From an uncultured delta proteobacterium (lineage in GTDB: Bacteria > Desulfobacterota > Binatia > UBA9968): a DNA stretch of 64,000 bases. Below, in pieces: positions 62,100 to 64,000 of the stretch. A model generated the notes under the pieces. It was given only the letters and a program-made list of their open reading frames with translations, was not told the origin of the DNA and searched no databases. The stretch lies in the NCBI GenBank assembly GCA_963847445.1, contig CAWJZV010000011.1, positions 32,001-96,000 of the forward strand. The letters are read 5' to 3'. Every line of letters begins with the position of its first letter. Position 1 is the first letter of the stretch. A program made the position numbers and the translations under genes.

Positions 62100-62346
62100 G
62101 GTAGTCCATCCGACAAAGGGCAAACCCTCCGAGTGAAGCCGGTCCACTCTGTCTATCGGCGAGTTCGCATGCTCTGAGATGAACGATGATCGGAAAGCCG
62201 TATGCGGGAGAACTGCAAGTACGGTTCGATGAGGGGGAACCGGACTTCTTTCCATGGACGATCCTAGCTGGACAGGCACGAAGTTGGAAACGACGGAAAC
62301 GGCCAAGGAGCGCCCGACCGAATGTCGCGCATGTTCTCTACTCTAC
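62100..62346 (+). mobile_element. Group II intron remnant (domains V and VI, no RT ORF)
   Basis: DV: AAGCCGTATGCGGGAGAACTGCAAGTACGGTTC with AGC triad (62195-62227), then GATGAGGGG. DVI closes as GGGGAAC...GTTCTCT-A-CTCTAC. 5' boundary uncertain. Confidence 0.85.
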
Positions 62347-62416
62347 CCTCCTCGCCCCCCTCGCCCTGCCGGCTAATGGGTGAGCCCAATCACTCTCTTG
62401 GCACTCTTGGGGCGAC

Positions 62417-62677
62417 TTAAACTCTGGACCAGAATAAATTCAGGAATTCGATTTCATCGGTATCGGTCTCTCGGTAGTGGATGAGTATTTTCCCCGATCG
62501 ATAGAGGTAACTTGGGGCAGCGGGGTCATAAAAACTCGGTAGCCGTCCGGCAAGTTGTGGATTGTGCGCTATCGCTGCAAGTGTTTCGTCAAGGTGTTGG
62601 AGGTCGCGCGGGCTGGCTGATTTTTCGAAGAGAGATATTTCATCGAGAAATCTCTTCGACAGCAGAAAATCAGCCAC
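62417..62677 (-). CDS. Putative RelE/ParE-like toxin of a type II TA pair (86 aa)
   Basis: GTG start overlaps the antitoxin stop; size and pattern (beta-helix-helix..NP..G...YR.G..LIHY....I) fit the RelE/ParE fold. Confidence 0.6.
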   Translation of the reverse strand: MADFLLSKRFLDEISLFEKSASPRDLQHLDETLAAIAHNPQLAGRLPSFYDPAAPSYLYRSGKILIHYRETDTDEIEFLNLFWSRV

Positions 62678-62972
62678 GTAACAACCTTTTTTTGCGCGCC
62701 GCGGACAGGATTTTCTGCACCGTGGGCGCTCCCGACAGTCGAAGGACTCGTCCCGCTTTGACGTCGTCCAAGGACTTGCGCATGGCCCGCAACGCTTCTG
62801 GGTCTTGCCATAATTGCGCAACTGCTTTTAGAGTTTGCAATTGCTCAAAATTGACCAGCACAGCTTTCGGCTTTCCCTGTTTCGTGACGATAACTTGGTC
62901 GCCATCTTCAACGTCCTCAACCAGATTTAGAAACTTTTGCCTGGCTTCGCTCGTGGTTATATACCGGTCCAT
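62670..62972 (-). CDS. Phd/YefM-family antitoxin
   Basis: ITTSEARQKFLNLVEDVE.G..VIVTKQGKPKAVLV. Confidence 0.92.
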   Translation of the reverse strand: MDRYITTSEARQKFLNLVEDVEDGDQVIVTKQGKPKAVLVNFEQLQTLKAVAQLWQDPEALRAMRKSLDDVKAGRVLRLSGAPTVQKILSAARKKRLLRG

Positions 62973-62996
62973 AGATCAACTCCCTTGACAAAGAAG

Positions 62997-63015
62997 TGTA
63001 CAAGAACGTGTTACA
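62997..63015. promoter_or_regulatory. Candidate TA autoregulatory operator
   Basis: TGTACA-N6-TGTTACA immediately upstream of the antitoxin; resembles the paired TGTACA cores of yefM-yoeB operators. Confidence 0.5.
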
Positions 63016-63137
63016 GACCGCAAGATCGATGCCTCAGCCGCTTCGGTCAACACCGCGATGACTGCAAGTCTGGAGAAAGAAAGGGGACATTCCACTGTTC
63101 TCTTGTCTCCCGGCCAGTGGCTGAGGTAGACGGGTTT

Positions 63138-63225
63138 ATGCCTCGCGCGGCGCGCGCCTCGGTAGGCGATATTTGCTGTCACGTTATCAATGGCGGCAAT
63201 GCGCACAGCGAGCTGTTTCATAAGG
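63138..63225 (+). pseudogene. N-terminal fragment of a REP-associated (Y1/RAYT-like) tyrosine transposase
   Basis: MPRAARASVGDICCHVINGGNAHSELFHK matches the MPR..R...G..YHV..RGN.R..IF start of RAYT-like proteins; truncated before the HUH motif. Confidence 0.65.
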
Positions 63226-63255
63226 TCGGCCAGCGCGGCGCGACCGCGATCGTTT

Positions 63256-64000
<745 letters not shown>

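Noticed and set aside
38974-62346. Diversity-generating retroelement (Avd-like genes plus an intron-like sequence)
   Set aside because: No reverse transcriptase ORF and no TR/VR pair differing at adenines was seen in the window.

Overview
A GC-rich bacterial chromosomal segment. The many NMT1/TauA-type ABC transporters, UbiD paralogues and futalosine-pathway genes suggest a Binatia/deltaproteobacteria-like organism (inference only). Many genes, including core ones (ligA, rsmI, acyP), are broken by single-base indels, most likely long-read assembly errors. Gene order: GSCFA-TPR protein; amino-acid permease, PduO-type adenosyltransferase, fabI, rhodanese, MBL hydrolase; two ABC importer sets; a divergent catabolic cluster (two UbiD decarboxylases, LLM oxidoreductase, three-subunit Mo-hydroxylase) followed by a cyclase; a TolC-MFP-RND pump; extended BamD; Cys-rich porin; mqnL-mqnP; a GT-C/TPR/sulfatase/Dol-P-sugar-synthase glycosylation cluster; ZIP, sodC, DUF362; amgK-murU; split NAD synthetase, rsmI, acyP, RRM protein; group II intron remnant; a Phd/RelE-like TA pair; ligA. 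Main signals: (1) Two four-helix-bundle (23S-IVP/Avd-like) genes, each wrapped in inverted arrays of 6-bp microsatellite and placed between operon genes, plus eight 'empty' inverted-microsatellite hairpins of the same design, usually right at stop codons. This is a candidate mobile or mRNA-intervening element system. (2) A 74-aa glutaredoxin-like gene missed by the ORF track, with two in-frame UGA codons each followed by a SECIS-like hairpin (double selenoprotein). (3) REP-type palindromes inside the Mo-enzyme coding sequence. No rRNA, tRNA or CRISPR array was seen.
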